From NCBI GenBank assembly GCA_041690135.1, contig JAWLHY010000002.1, positions 752,342 through 816,341 on the forward strand: 64,000 nt of DNA. The letters are read 5' to 3'. This document shows positions 10,875-19,967 of this stretch, in pieces (the stretch's first letter is position 1; each line of letters begins with the position of its first letter). The notes beneath the pieces are model-generated. The model saw nothing but the letters and a program-made list of their open reading frames with translations. It had not been told where the DNA came from and did no database searches. This stretch comes from Armatimonadota bacterium. GTDB taxonomy: Bacteria > Armatimonadota > SYMT01. The translations under genes were made by a program, and so were the position numbers.

Positions 10875-11333
10875 TCATCCCGCTGTTGGTAGCTCCTGGA
10901 CCTTCGCTGCCTCGGTCAGCATCGTGCGTCCGGCGTTATCCGGCACGCCCAGCTCGTCCTCGCTCCAGTCGTCCCAGCGGCGGAACCACTGGATCACCTC
11001 GATGTTGTTTCCGTCCGGGTCCGCGATGAAGAAGCGGTCCGCCCCGGCGATCGGCACCGTCTCCCGGATTTCCACGCCACGGGCGGCCAGGGTCTCCCGC
11101 GCGGCCTGTACGTCGTCCACGTGGAGCGCCATGTGGCGGGGGGAGACGAAGTCCGGCGTATCGTTGGGGATCAGGTGGATCTGCTGTTCCCCCAGCTCGA
11201 ACCAGCGGACGGGGGTGACGAAGTTGGTGGGGCGCTTGACCTCCTTGAGGCCCAGCGTTTCGCCGTAGAAGGCGACGGCGCGCTCCATGTCGGCGACAAG
11301 GATCGAAACGTGGTGGATGCCGGTGAGTTTCAT
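10875..11333 (-). CDS. VOC/glyoxalase family protein
   Basis: IHHVSILV.D.ERAVAFY...LGL, H.AL.VDD, FFIADPDGN.IE. Confidence 0.92.
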   Translation of the reverse strand: MKLTGIHHVSILVADMERAVAFYGETLGLKEVKRPTNFVTPVRWFELGEQQIHLIPNDTPDFVSPRHMALHVDDVQAARETLAARGVEIRETVPIAGADRFFIADPDGNNIEVIQWFRRWDDWSEDELGVPDNAGRTMLTEAAKVQELPTAG

Positions 11334-11392
11334 CGTGCTTCAATCATGGCACCGGGAGGCGGCAGACGTCCGGCCCCGGAAGCACGGCAGCA

Positions 11393-11486
11393 CCCCAGGG
11401 CCAAGCTCACCCACCAAGCCCGCACCTGGCCTTCCGCTTACGCTGCCGGCTACGCCGGGCCTGGTCGGGTGCAGCGACTTTTAGGC
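11393..11486 (-). mobile_element. Degenerate integron attC site ending the GNAT cassette
   Basis: Minus strand GCCTAAA (contains GNAT stop) AGTC GCTGCACCCGACC...GGTGGGTGAGC; L boxes with extrahelical base intact, R' decayed. Confidence 0.6.
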
Positions 11487-11951
11487 CGTCGCTTCCGGTG
11501 AGAGTGCCTTCATGAGATGATACTTGGCGTGCCCGCAAGAGTCCCAATCATGGAGTTCACCCACCACTTGATAGCCGAGTCGCCGGTAGAAGCCAGGGGC
11601 TTGATAGGACATGGTGTCCACATAGGCGTACTTACACCCGCGGCGTTCCGCCTCCGCTTCCGCGCGCCTAACCAGTTCTGTTCCAATGCCGCAACCGCGC
11701 AACTCCGCCCGGACGGCCATGACGGCCAGTTTGAACCAAGAGAACTGCGTCTCGCCCAGCAGTCCGCCCGCTACCGCTCCCTCTGCATCGAAGGCGATGA
11801 TGATGAGCGGCAGAGGGGCATTGGCTGGCTCTGCGACGCGTGCCCAGAACACCGGATTGGCGGTTTGGTTGAAGCTCCGGAGTTCGTCGTAAACGGCTTC
11901 TCGGATAGTCGTGTCGAGTTGCGAGGTGAGTTCGTAGCGACAGTTTCTCAA
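11481..11951 (-). CDS. GNAT N-acetyltransferase (integron gene cassette)
   Basis: RG.GIGTEL...AEAEA..RG, DTMSYQAPGFY..LGY; GGAGG before TTG 11951; flanked by attC-like sites. Confidence 0.85.
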   Translation of the reverse strand: MRNCRYELTSQLDTTIREAVYDELRSFNQTANPVFWARVAEPANAPLPLIIIAFDAEGAVAGGLLGETQFSWFKLAVMAVRAELRGCGIGTELVRRAEAEAERRGCKYAYVDTMSYQAPGFYRRLGYQVVGELHDWDSCGHAKYHLMKALSPEATA

Positions 11952-11998
11952 CAGGTTACCTCCGAGTTTCTGATGCCAGGCTCCAAAGAAGCACGGCG

Positions 11999-12056
11999 GT
12001 GTAACGTTGGCGCTCATCCGCGGCGGCTGCGGCTCGGTGCAGCGCCTTGGTTAGCC
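11999..12056 (-). mobile_element. Integron attC site
   Basis: Minus strand GGCTAAC CAAG GCGCTGCA ... TGAGCGC CAAC GTTACAC: R''/L''/L'/R' architecture, 58 nt. Confidence 0.7.
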
Positions 12057-12061
12057 CGCCC

Positions 12062-12246
12062 TTCCCGAAGCACATGGACGCTGGAGCGTCAAACCAAGAC
12101 GTGCTGCTGCTCGTTCTGCGATCGCACGATGTTTTGGGTTCGCCACTCATCTGCTCGAAGATGGCTACAACAACCGCACCGTGCAGGAGTTGCTGGGTCA
12201 CAAGGACGTGAGCACGACCACGATCTACATCCACTTCCTCAACCGC
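12062..12246 (+). pseudogene. intI: Integron integrase relic (C-terminal catalytic fragment plus decayed N-terminal piece)
   Basis: 12139-12246 reads [36 protein letters not shown]; preceding frame reads PKHM..ASNQ..LL..L...VLG, resembling the IntI N-domain. Confidence 0.75.
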
Positions 12247-12372
12247 GACGGGCGTGACGAAGTTAGAGGGGCGCTTGACCTCTTTGAGGCCCAGGGTTTC
12301 GCCGTAAAAGGCGACGGCGCGCTCCATGTCGGAGACGAGGATGGAGATGTGGTGGATGCCGGTGAGCTTCAC
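12247..12372 (-). pseudogene. Truncated 5' duplicate of the VOC gene
   Basis: [42 protein letters not shown] nearly identical to the first 42 aa of 10875-11333, then breaks at the intI relic. Confidence 0.85.
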
Positions 12373-12390
12373 GGTGCTGGGTGGGTATCG

Positions 12391-13023
12391 CTACTTGTTG
12401 CCGGCCAGCGTGAAGTAGCTGGTCATCAGGTTCCGGTAGTTGGGGATGTAGTTGGAGAAGAGCATGCCGAGGCCTTCGATGTCGTTGCGCCAGTCGCGGT
12501 GCAGCTCGCAGGCCATTCCGAACCAATTGATCAACTGCACGCCGGCCGCCTGCATGCGGAGCCAGGCCGTGTGCCGCGTCACCTCGTTGAAGGTCCCGGA
12601 GGCGTCCGTGATGACGAATACCTCGTAGCCTTCCTCGACAGCGGAGAGGGCCGGGAAGGCTACGCAAACTTCGGTCACCACACCGGCGATGATCAACTGC
12701 TTCCGCCCGGTGGCCTTCACTGCCTTCACGAAGTCCTCGTTGTCCCAGGCGTTGATGTTGCCGGGCCGGGCGATGTAAGGCGCGTCCGGGAACATCTCCT
12801 TGAGTTCCGGCACCAGCGGCCCGTTGGGTCCGTTCTCGAAGCTGGTGGTGAGAATGGTCGGAAGCTCGAAGTACTTCGCGCAGGCCGCCGTGGCCAGCAC
12901 GTTGTTCTTGAAAGCGCTCGGCTCGAAGTCCTGGACCAGAGAGATCAGGCCTGCCTGGTGGTCGACCAACAGAATCGCGGCATCGTCTTTGGCAAGACGG
13001 CGGTATTGAAACGGCGCACTCAT
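12391..13023 (-). CDS. ycaC: Isochorismatase-family cysteine hydrolase (YcaC-like)
   Basis: [51 protein letters not shown]. Confidence 0.92.
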   Translation of the reverse strand: MSAPFQYRRLAKDDAAILLVDHQAGLISLVQDFEPSAFKNNVLATAACAKYFELPTILTTSFENGPNGPLVPELKEMFPDAPYIARPGNINAWDNEDFVKAVKATGRKQLIIAGVVTEVCVAFPALSAVEEGYEVFVITDASGTFNEVTRHTAWLRMQAAGVQLINWFGMACELHRDWRNDIEGLGMLFSNYIPNYRNLMTSYFTLAGNK

Positions 13024-13208
13024 GATCAGCCTCCGTCGGCGGTGAAATGTAATGGGGTTTTACCTCAAGAGCCGGTGGGTGTCCGGTGCTTCATCCGATC
13101 GTGGGAGGAGGGGTGCGGGTTCCTTCCATAACCTTCCACGAAGCGCCGAGATCGACGACTGGCAGGTCATACCGTCATTCCGCGGAACTGCCGGCCTTCT
13201 GGAACATG

Positions 13209-13928
13209 CTATCTGGCGCCAAACCGTTTCAGAAGGCGGACCATCTCCAGGAACTTTTCCGCCCGGGCTCTATCTATCGCGGTGGCACCGGCATGGTCTT
13301 CAGCGTCGACCCGCGCTCCGTGTTTCAGCAGGACCTCGGCTGTTTTCAAGGCGTTTGTGCCGCCCTCAAACCCGCCATCAGCCACGACCATCAGTGCGGT
13401 GGACCCATCCGGGTAAGTCTGCTCCGGGTTCGCACCGTGTTCCAATAGAATGCGCACCATCTCCCATCTGCCATAGTGAGCGGCGTGAATGAGGGGGCTG
13501 ATTCCCGACACCTTTGAGTCAATCTTTGCCCCATGTGCGAGTAGGAGCCGTACCACTTCCGGGTTGCCGGATGCTCCGGCATAGCGCAGGGCAGTCCCGC
13601 CGCCACGATCCGTCTGATTAGGGCTATGCCCTTTCTTGAGAAGTGCCCGGACGGCTGATGCATCGCCAATGAAGGCTGCTAACATCAGGACCGTCTGACC
13701 ACTTGGACCGGTCATGTCGAGGTCTTCGGACCTGCGGATCCGATCGTGCAGTATCAGTTCTGCCCAGCGATTGTCCGTCTGTGGAACCAGGTAGGTCGCG
13801 TGGAAGGTGTCCTGGAGCTCCTCTCGCCTCGCAGCCGCATGTCGACGCTCCGCTGCGGAATGTCCGAGCCCGATGGCACAGAGTATCATCGCCAATGTAA
13901 CGGTAAGGCCGAAGAATCTACGCGACAT
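13209..13928 (-). CDS. Secreted ankyrin-repeat protein
   Basis: N-terminal signal; repeated G.T.L..AA..G....V..LL..GA units. Confidence 0.88.
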   Translation of the reverse strand: MSRRFFGLTVTLAMILCAIGLGHSAAERRHAAARREELQDTFHATYLVPQTDNRWAELILHDRIRRSEDLDMTGPSGQTVLMLAAFIGDASAVRALLKKGHSPNQTDRGGGTALRYAGASGNPEVVRLLLAHGAKIDSKVSGISPLIHAAHYGRWEMVRILLEHGANPEQTYPDGSTALMVVADGGFEGGTNALKTAEVLLKHGARVDAEDHAGATAIDRARAEKFLEMVRLLKRFGAR

Positions 13929-14005
13929 AAATCGTTGACTGCTTTGATTGGACGTTCAAGCTCACCTCCTGCGGCGGGGAGGGGAGTTGCGTCACGAATG
14001 AGCCT

Positions 14006-14329
14006 TCATTCCTGCGGCGGCCAGTAGCTGTCGCAGACCGCAGGTGGAAGGGCGGATCTCGCCATCAGATCCGGGATATGCCCGAACCGCGGTCGTGGCC
14101 TCTCCGTCAGGATCAGCTCGTATTCATCTTCCTCTAGTTGGGTGCGACCGCTCAGCCAGTAAGCAACGATGCGATGATGCCCGTCGTCCACCTAGATCGA
14201 GCCATCTTCCGCTTCGCTCAAGCGAATCGGAGGGATGGGTTCGCCCTTTGCAATCGCCTGCAACAGGGCAGGAATCTGTTCCGCGCGCCGCAGGTTCCGC
14301 TGCGACACGAATAGCATGGTGATGTCCAT
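14006..14329 (-). pseudogene. ParB/Srx-like small protein interrupted by in-frame TAG
   Basis: GGAGG + ATG 14329; ...PIPPIRL.EAEDGSI[TAG 14194-14192]VDDGHHR... Confidence 0.65.
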
Positions 14330-14481
14330 GTTGACCTCCAGCGGATGCTGGAGATCGGTCCATCACGGGCCTTTGCATGGAATGTATAGGATGTCATCTT
14401 GAGTTCGCTCGCCGGGGCCTTCGTTTCACCCGCGGCTTGCCGCAATTTCGCGGGTGGTCCGCCGGTGTCGCCGGGAATGTG

Positions 14482-14964
14482 TCATTGCGCAGTTTCCTCG
14501 GAAGTGGCCGGCCGAGCGCCCTGTCTTTCCAGGCGTGCCTTCGCCTTGGGCGCCGCCTTTTCGTACGCCTCTACGATGAGAGACGAAACAGACACGAATG
14601 TCTCTTCGCTGGGGTTGAGCACGCACACCCACGACATTGGGCTGTAAGTCGGGTGAGGCATGAGGCGGTCCAACTGCCGGTAGTCGTGGCCCGTCTCGAC
14701 GACACTCCAGTCCTTAGGTGGAGCGGGCGGAGGGCCGAACAGCCGGGTGTAGGTCTCCTTGCTGATGCCGACGTTCAACCGATAGACCCCGGCGCGGCTG
14801 AGCTCGGACACGGGTGCGGCATCGTGAACGTCCCTGGTGACGAGGGTCGCGAACGGCATCATGCGGTCCTCACCGCAGAAGAAGAACGTGTCGCCTTCGG
14901 TAGTAACACGCTGGGCGCCGGGGCACAGGGCCAGAATGCGCTCGATTACGGTTTCTTCGTTCAT
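14482..14964 (-). CDS. DUF6194-like protein
   Basis: GDTFFF...PFATLVT.D...S.LSR.GVYRLNVG...D...LD.LMPHP.Y..M.WVCVLNPS. Confidence 0.75.
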   Translation of the reverse strand: MNEETVIERILALCPGAQRVTTEGDTFFFCGEDRMMPFATLVTRDVHDAAPVSELSRAGVYRLNVGISKETYTRLFGPPPAPPKDWSVVETGHDYRQLDRLMPHPTYSPMSWVCVLNPSEETFVSVSSLIVEAYEKAAPKAKARLERQGARPATSEETAQ

Positions 14965-15039
14965 GCTGTCAGGTTCCGGAGTCGGATGCGTAACAGATGC
15001 CCCTGCTCATCCGTCAGCATAGATCGGCTGCGGCGACGG

Positions 15040-15456
15040 TTAGGCCGGCATTCCTTCCCCGTTCTCCCAGCGGATGTTCTCGGTCCTGCGTTGGTCCCGT
15101 ACAAACTCACGGACCGCACGCATGGCCTCGGCAAAGGGCACGAAGTTGCGCCGGTGGAACGGGGTCCAGTTTCCGCAGCCACCGAAACCCACACTGTCGG
15201 TGGCACCGGCGTCCCCCACGGACAGGTAGTACTCCCCGTCGAACGGCTCCACCTGGACCATCACAAACGTGGGGTCCGCCCCGAGGCCCACATGGAGGAG
15301 GTAGTGGGGGATCTCCACGGTCGCGCAGAGGGGCCGGTCGCGGTCGCAATTGCGGCCGATCTCGTGCAAGACCGCTTCCATCTCGTCTACCGAGCCGCAC
15401 CGGAGTGGCGGCCGGTCCTCAGCGATGTGGATCCGGATCTCATCTGGAACTGGCAT
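15040..15456 (-). CDS. Imm1-like immunity protein
   Basis: L.VGLG; C-terminal VPFAEAMRAVREFV...RR...I.WE. Confidence 0.65.
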   Translation of the reverse strand: MPVPDEIRIHIAEDRPPLRCGSVDEMEAVLHEIGRNCDRDRPLCATVEIPHYLLHVGLGADPTFVMVQVEPFDGEYYLSVGDAGATDSVGFGGCGNWTPFHRRNFVPFAEAMRAVREFVRDQRRTENIRWENGEGMPA

Positions 15457-16027
15457 GACGGATCTTCGTGTCGGCAGCAGCATCGAGAATTCGAACCGTT
15501 CGGAGACCCGCATCCAGCGCGCGCATCAGCGTGTCGAGCCGGCTGTCACCGAAATCACGAGCGGGCATCCGCTGGAGAACCGCACCGACTTCCGGCGGAG
15601 CCTGCTCGATGGCCCGGCGGATCTCGCTGTCGCCTACTGCCGCGTCACCGGATTGCTCGAGCTCGCATGCCCATGCCGCATACGCTGCGGGGCCAAGCAC
15701 ATGGTTCGTTTGATGGGGCGTCGCCAGGGGGTGCAGGTAGGCTATGGCCGCCGCCAGCCCCGCCGCGCGCGCGGCAGCCTTCGCCGCCGGAGGGTCTACC
15801 TCCCTTGCGGCCGCATACGCTGCCCAGGCACATGAGCGCAGCTTTGCGGTGCGCCTCCCCCTTCGCGCGAACTCCATAATGCCTTCGACCGCCGCCCGGG
15901 GCCGGGAATCGGACGGGGCGTGTGCTTCAAAAACCGGCAAAGCCCGGGTGGCGCAATCCGCAGCCCAGCGCCCGAGAACCCAGATCTCCTCCGGTTCCAG
16001 CGGGATCACGCTGTCCTTTTGGGTCAT
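15440..16027 (-). CDS. Imm5-like putative immunity protein
   Basis: WAADCA.RALPVFE...P.D.RPR.A; AARAAG.AAA.A..H...H...AAYA. Confidence 0.75.
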   Translation of the reverse strand: MTQKDSVIPLEPEEIWVLGRWAADCATRALPVFEAHAPSDSRPRAAVEGIMEFARRGRRTAKLRSCAWAAYAAAREVDPPAAKAAARAAGLAAAIAYLHPLATPHQTNHVLGPAAYAAWACELEQSGDAAVGDSEIRRAIEQAPPEVGAVLQRMPARDFGDSRLDTLMRALDAGLRTVRILDAAADTKIRHASSR

Positions 16028-16044
16028 TCATCGCTCCTCTTGCT

Positions 16045-16848
16045 TCAATCGATGAAGCTGACGACCCGGAGATCTTTGAAGTTCAGCTCACGCAGGACCA
16101 GCACTTGCCCGATCATGCGATGCACCCACTCGTTCCACGTATCATCACCAGCATCCGAGGCCAGTCCCACGCACTCCGGGGGGGCCGCAAACCGCGGCTG
16201 CTGCGCCCGGATCTGCTCCAGCACGGTGACCACGAACTCTGCCTCTTCCTGCGTCCACACGCCCATCTGGAGGCCGGCGTCGTCTGTGGGAATGATCGGG
16301 AAGGCGAAATCCCCGAGCGTGAAGGACCGACTTGGCAGGGGTTTTCCACAATCACAGCCACGGAGCACCTTCTGCCAGAGCAGGACAAACTGCTCGTAAT
16401 CTTCGCGCGCAATTCCGGGGGCCTGCTCCGCATAAGCCAGCAGGCTCCCGATCCACCAGCGACGCTGCCCGTGGGTGACTCTGCGGATGAACGGATAGGA
16501 GGCGCATTGGCTGAAGGCTTGTAAGAGCGCCATCAGGCCCCAGCTTTCGTCCCGGGCCAGGTGTTCGCGGATCGTCTTTGAGAGGAAGGGATGTTCGGCG
16601 ACCGTTTCGCGGGTCAGAACCACAGGTTCATGGCGGGGCGAGGACCACACGTAGGGAGGCTCTCCGGGGTAGGCGATGTAGTATCCTCTCGACTGCTCAT
16701 CGTACCAGCAGAGTTCATCCACTTCGCCCGGAGGATCGCGCCGCAAACCGCGCTCGGCGTAGAGCCAGAGGACGTCGCCCACGGGCTGGTCGAGAAGCTC
16801 ATCCAGTCCGGCAAGGTCAACTGCATACAGTTGGATACGAACGCCCAT
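16045..16848 (-). CDS. Hypothetical protein
   Basis: 267-aa acidic/aromatic ORF in co-oriented gene run. Confidence 0.6.
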   Translation of the reverse strand: MGVRIQLYAVDLAGLDELLDQPVGDVLWLYAERGLRRDPPGEVDELCWYDEQSRGYYIAYPGEPPYVWSSPRHEPVVLTRETVAEHPFLSKTIREHLARDESWGLMALLQAFSQCASYPFIRRVTHGQRRWWIGSLLAYAEQAPGIAREDYEQFVLLWQKVLRGCDCGKPLPSRSFTLGDFAFPIIPTDDAGLQMGVWTQEEAEFVVTVLEQIRAQQPRFAAPPECVGLASDAGDDTWNEWVHRMIGQVLVLRELNFKDLRVVSFID

Positions 16849-17006
16849 CGTGAGAAGTGGATGGTCTCGATGCCTGAGGCCTCCGGGCGGCAGTCACGGC
16901 CCGTCACGCGGTCGGGTGCCGCGACTGCCAGGGTGCGATCTGCCTGGGGATGCTGCACTCCGACGTCCGGCGGAGTAGTTTAATCGACGCGGGTGACGGT
17001 TTACAC

Positions 17007-17486
17007 TTATTCATCCGTATTCTCGCGTTCCAAATGGCTGCGCACATCAAGGAGTTCGCCAGGGTCCAGTTGCCAGGCCCATAGATCCACCGCCGCACGA
17101 AGTACGTCTGGGCGTAGCCAGTCGACTATCTGGGCTCGAACGGCTGCGGAATAACCGATGTGTTCCAGGAAGGCTACCCCCACTGCGTTCCCAGGGTCTT
17201 CATCTGCCTCTGGGTCCGCATCCCAACACCAATGGACAAAGTCGTAGATGGCTCTGAGGTCCTCGGTGTTCGAACTCTCGTGAGCCCTCACGCATAACGG
17301 CGCCAGTTCCCCAAAGACATGGTAAATGGAATCATTACTCTCCAGAACCGGTGCGAGATCCCGATGTAGGGCGCGGAAGAGTTGGTTAGCCTGCTGCCGC
17401 CAGGCCGAAGTTGTCGAACACGGCAAAACGGTTCGAGTACCTGCCGAACGCCTGCCGCGATCTGCACTGCACTTCCGTTGGCTCAT
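17007..17486 (-). CDS. Hypothetical helical protein (related to the N-terminal part of 34916-35419)
   Basis: IYDFV.WC...NAVGVAFLEHI motif; start uncertain. Confidence 0.55.
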   Translation of the reverse strand: MSQRKCSADRGRRSAGTRTVLPCSTTSAWRQQANQLFRALHRDLAPVLESNDSIYHVFGELAPLCVRAHESSNTEDLRAIYDFVHWCWDADPEADEDPGNAVGVAFLEHIGYSAAVRAQIVDWLRPDVLRAAVDLWAWQLDPGELLDVRSHLERENTDE

Positions 17487-18108
17487 GCTGCGCTCCCTGT
17501 CCCGGCCAGCACGCCGCGGACTAACGCTCTGCCGTTCCGGACCGGAAAACGTAAGATGGAGCATGCAACTAGTTGGCAAGCACCGCAACCATAATTGATT
17601 TGTTCGTCCAGTTCAGGCCATTTGGCCGGCATTAGATCAGGGTGACCGGCTTTCCGTGTCGGAGCTGCCAGCCGGGCTCTCCGAGTTCGGTCACCCCCAC
17701 CGCGAGTGTCCAGCCATTGGAGAACGTGAGAGTAAGCTCCCCTCCGGGTTGAAGGCACACGTGCTCGATTCGCTCGCCCAACAGGTCCAGCAATGGCGCC
17801 AACTCACGCGGGTTGTGGCCACTGCCTGGCCTGGCTCCCGGAAGCACCAGTTGATCGTCGTCGCGAGTAAGCGTGAGCACTTCTGCCAGGGCCAGGTCAT
17901 ACAGCGGTTCGTTTACGCCTGCTGGTTCAACCGCCCAGCGTGAAGTCTTGCAGCAGTGTTCGTCAGCACGACAGTCAGCCCCGATTTTCGGAAGTGGGCG
18001 TGCTTTACGGAAACAAGCAGAGTACGAAACTTTCTCTTCCCCATTCTTTCCGCGTCGTTCCGTGTGTTCCGCGGGCACAAACGATTCGCCGCTCGGCAGC
18101 CCTCTTGG

Positions 18109-19797
18109 CTAATCGTCTCCGCGGGAGCGGTCGCGCAGTCGCTTGAAGGGGATATTGCGGAGCAGCGGGTTGCTGAAGTCCAGCGCCGTCACCTTGCCGG
18201 ACCTGTTCCGACGGAAGCGCACCGTCAGCCTGCCCATCTGAAAGGTGTCGGGGTGGACCGGCTGGAATTCCAGGCGCGTCGCCGGCGAGTGCTCGAGGTG
18301 CGCCGCCAGGCCGTCTCCCTGGGGCGTGACCTGGAAAACCGCCCCGATCTCGGTGCTTTCATAGCGGCCCGCGAAGACTTTCAAGTCGTCCGGGGTGGGC
18401 GAGTAGGGCCGGGCGCGGCGATACCGCGTCGTCTTGTTTTTCATGGACTTCAGCTCGAACCGGTCCGGAGAGAGGAAGCGCAACTCGAACTCGTCCCCCG
18501 ACATGAAGCTCAAAACGCTGCGGGGATTGCGGAAGCGGTCCTGGCCCGCCGGAACCAGCGCGGGCCCCCCGGCGATACGCAGCCTACCGCCCTCCGTGGT
18601 CAGTCGCAGCGGCTCGCCCGTGCGCTCGCTAAAGAACAGTCCCGCCCTGCAGTCCAGCTCCGGCTTCACGCCGGCCGGATCGGTACTCGTGGCTGGGGCC
18701 GGAGCCTCGGTCTCATTGGAATCTCTGTCGGGTACAAACAGGTCGAAGATGCGCCTGGCTAATGCGGCGCCGTCCGGTCCTGCGTCCGAATTGCGCAGGA
18801 TAGCGATGGAAAGACCTTGTTCCGGAAAACGGGCCAGAAGTGACTGGTACCCGCCCGCGCCGCCGCTATGCCAGACCACCGGAATGCCGCCGCGCAAGGT
18901 GTCCACGAACAGGCCGCGGGCGTAGCCGATCTTCCTGCCGTTGCGCAGTCTTGCCTGTTCCTGAATCTTTTCGGTGACGAACGGACCGAGACGCCCCTGC
19001 GTCAGCGCGTCGTTCCAGATCAGGAGGTCGGCGGCCGTGCTGAAGAGGGCGCCGCCCCCGCCGCGGTCGTTGTCGAGCCGTGTCGCCAGCTTCCAGCGGC
19101 CATCTACCTTCTCGTAAGCCAGAGCGCGGTTCCGGATCACTTCCCGCAGATCGTCGCGGTAGGCGGTGGCCTTCATCCCAAGCGGTTTGAACAGGCGCCG
19201 GCGCGTGAACTCCGCGAACGAGGCCCCACTCTTGCGCGCGACGATCTCCTTCAGCAGCACGTAGCCGCTGTTCGAGTAGGCCCATTCCTCGCCCGGCGCG
19301 AAGTTGAGGCCGTGCTGGCGCAGGATCATGGTCAGCGCATCCTGGTCGCCGGCCGCCAGCGCCCCGATGGCGGTCCAGTCGCGCAGACCGCTGGTATGGG
19401 TGAGCAGGTGGTCCAGCGTGATCCTGTGGCCGTAATCGGGCAGCACCGGAATGTGCTTGCGGACGTCGTCGGTTAGCGAGAGGCGGCCCTCCTCCACGAG
19501 CAGGAGGACCGCCGCCGCGACGAACTGCTTCACCACGGAACCCACATCGAACACGGTGTCCGGGCGGATCGGCACGTCGCGCTCCAGGTCGGCCGACCCG
19601 TAAGCACGGTTCACGAGCACCTTTCCGTTTCGCGAAACGGCGACCGCGCACCCCGGCGTGTCCGTCTGGACCCAGTTGAAGATCCTGTCAATCTGGGGGC
19701 TCTGGTCCTGGGCGTGCGCGCGACCGCCGGCGAACAGACCGGCGGCCACGCACAACATCAAGAGGAAGGGGGAACGATGCGGATGGTGGTTTCTCAT
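18109..19797 (-). CDS. Serine hydrolase (beta-lactamase/AmpC-like), secreted
   Basis: F..GSVVKQF (SxxK), LLTHTSG, YSN, HSG; signal peptide after MRNHH. Confidence 0.92.
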   Translation of the reverse strand: MRNHHPHRSPFLLMLCVAAGLFAGGRAHAQDQSPQIDRIFNWVQTDTPGCAVAVSRNGKVLVNRAYGSADLERDVPIRPDTVFDVGSVVKQFVAAAVLLLVEEGRLSLTDDVRKHIPVLPDYGHRITLDHLLTHTSGLRDWTAIGALAAGDQDALTMILRQHGLNFAPGEEWAYSNSGYVLLKEIVARKSGASFAEFTRRRLFKPLGMKATAYRDDLREVIRNRALAYEKVDGRWKLATRLDNDRGGGGALFSTAADLLIWNDALTQGRLGPFVTEKIQEQARLRNGRKIGYARGLFVDTLRGGIPVVWHSGGAGGYQSLLARFPEQGLSIAILRNSDAGPDGAALARRIFDLFVPDRDSNETEAPAPATSTDPAGVKPELDCRAGLFFSERTGEPLRLTTEGGRLRIAGGPALVPAGQDRFRNPRSVLSFMSGDEFELRFLSPDRFELKSMKNKTTRYRRARPYSPTPDDLKVFAGRYESTEIGAVFQVTPQGDGLAAHLEHSPATRLEFQPVHPDTFQMGRLTVRFRRNRSGKVTALDFSNPLLRNIPFKRLRDRSRGDD

Positions 19798-19967
19798 GAG
19801 TTTCCCTGTCAACCAAGCTTTCTCGACCGGCGCGCGTTCCGGCTCCAGACGACCGCGCCGAACACTGTCAAGACAAGATATTTGCGTCGCAAAGCAAACA
19901 GCGGAGTCAGAGGATGGATCATTGCCGCTCCGCTTCCACGGCTGCGGAAGCAGGGCGGCGGGCTCTG

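Noticed and set aside
12181-13131. 316-aa ORF as an intact integrase
   Set aside because: Only the first ~22 aa are IntI-like; the rest is the antisense frame of the VOC fragment and ycaC.
13126-13212. attC-like bulged hairpin after the ankyrin gene
   Set aside because: R-L spacing is wrong and the orientation is inconsistent with the gene.
17632-18078. Intact CDS
   Set aside because: The 3' half looks protein-like but the 5' part runs through a repeat half-site with no credible start; probably a fragment.
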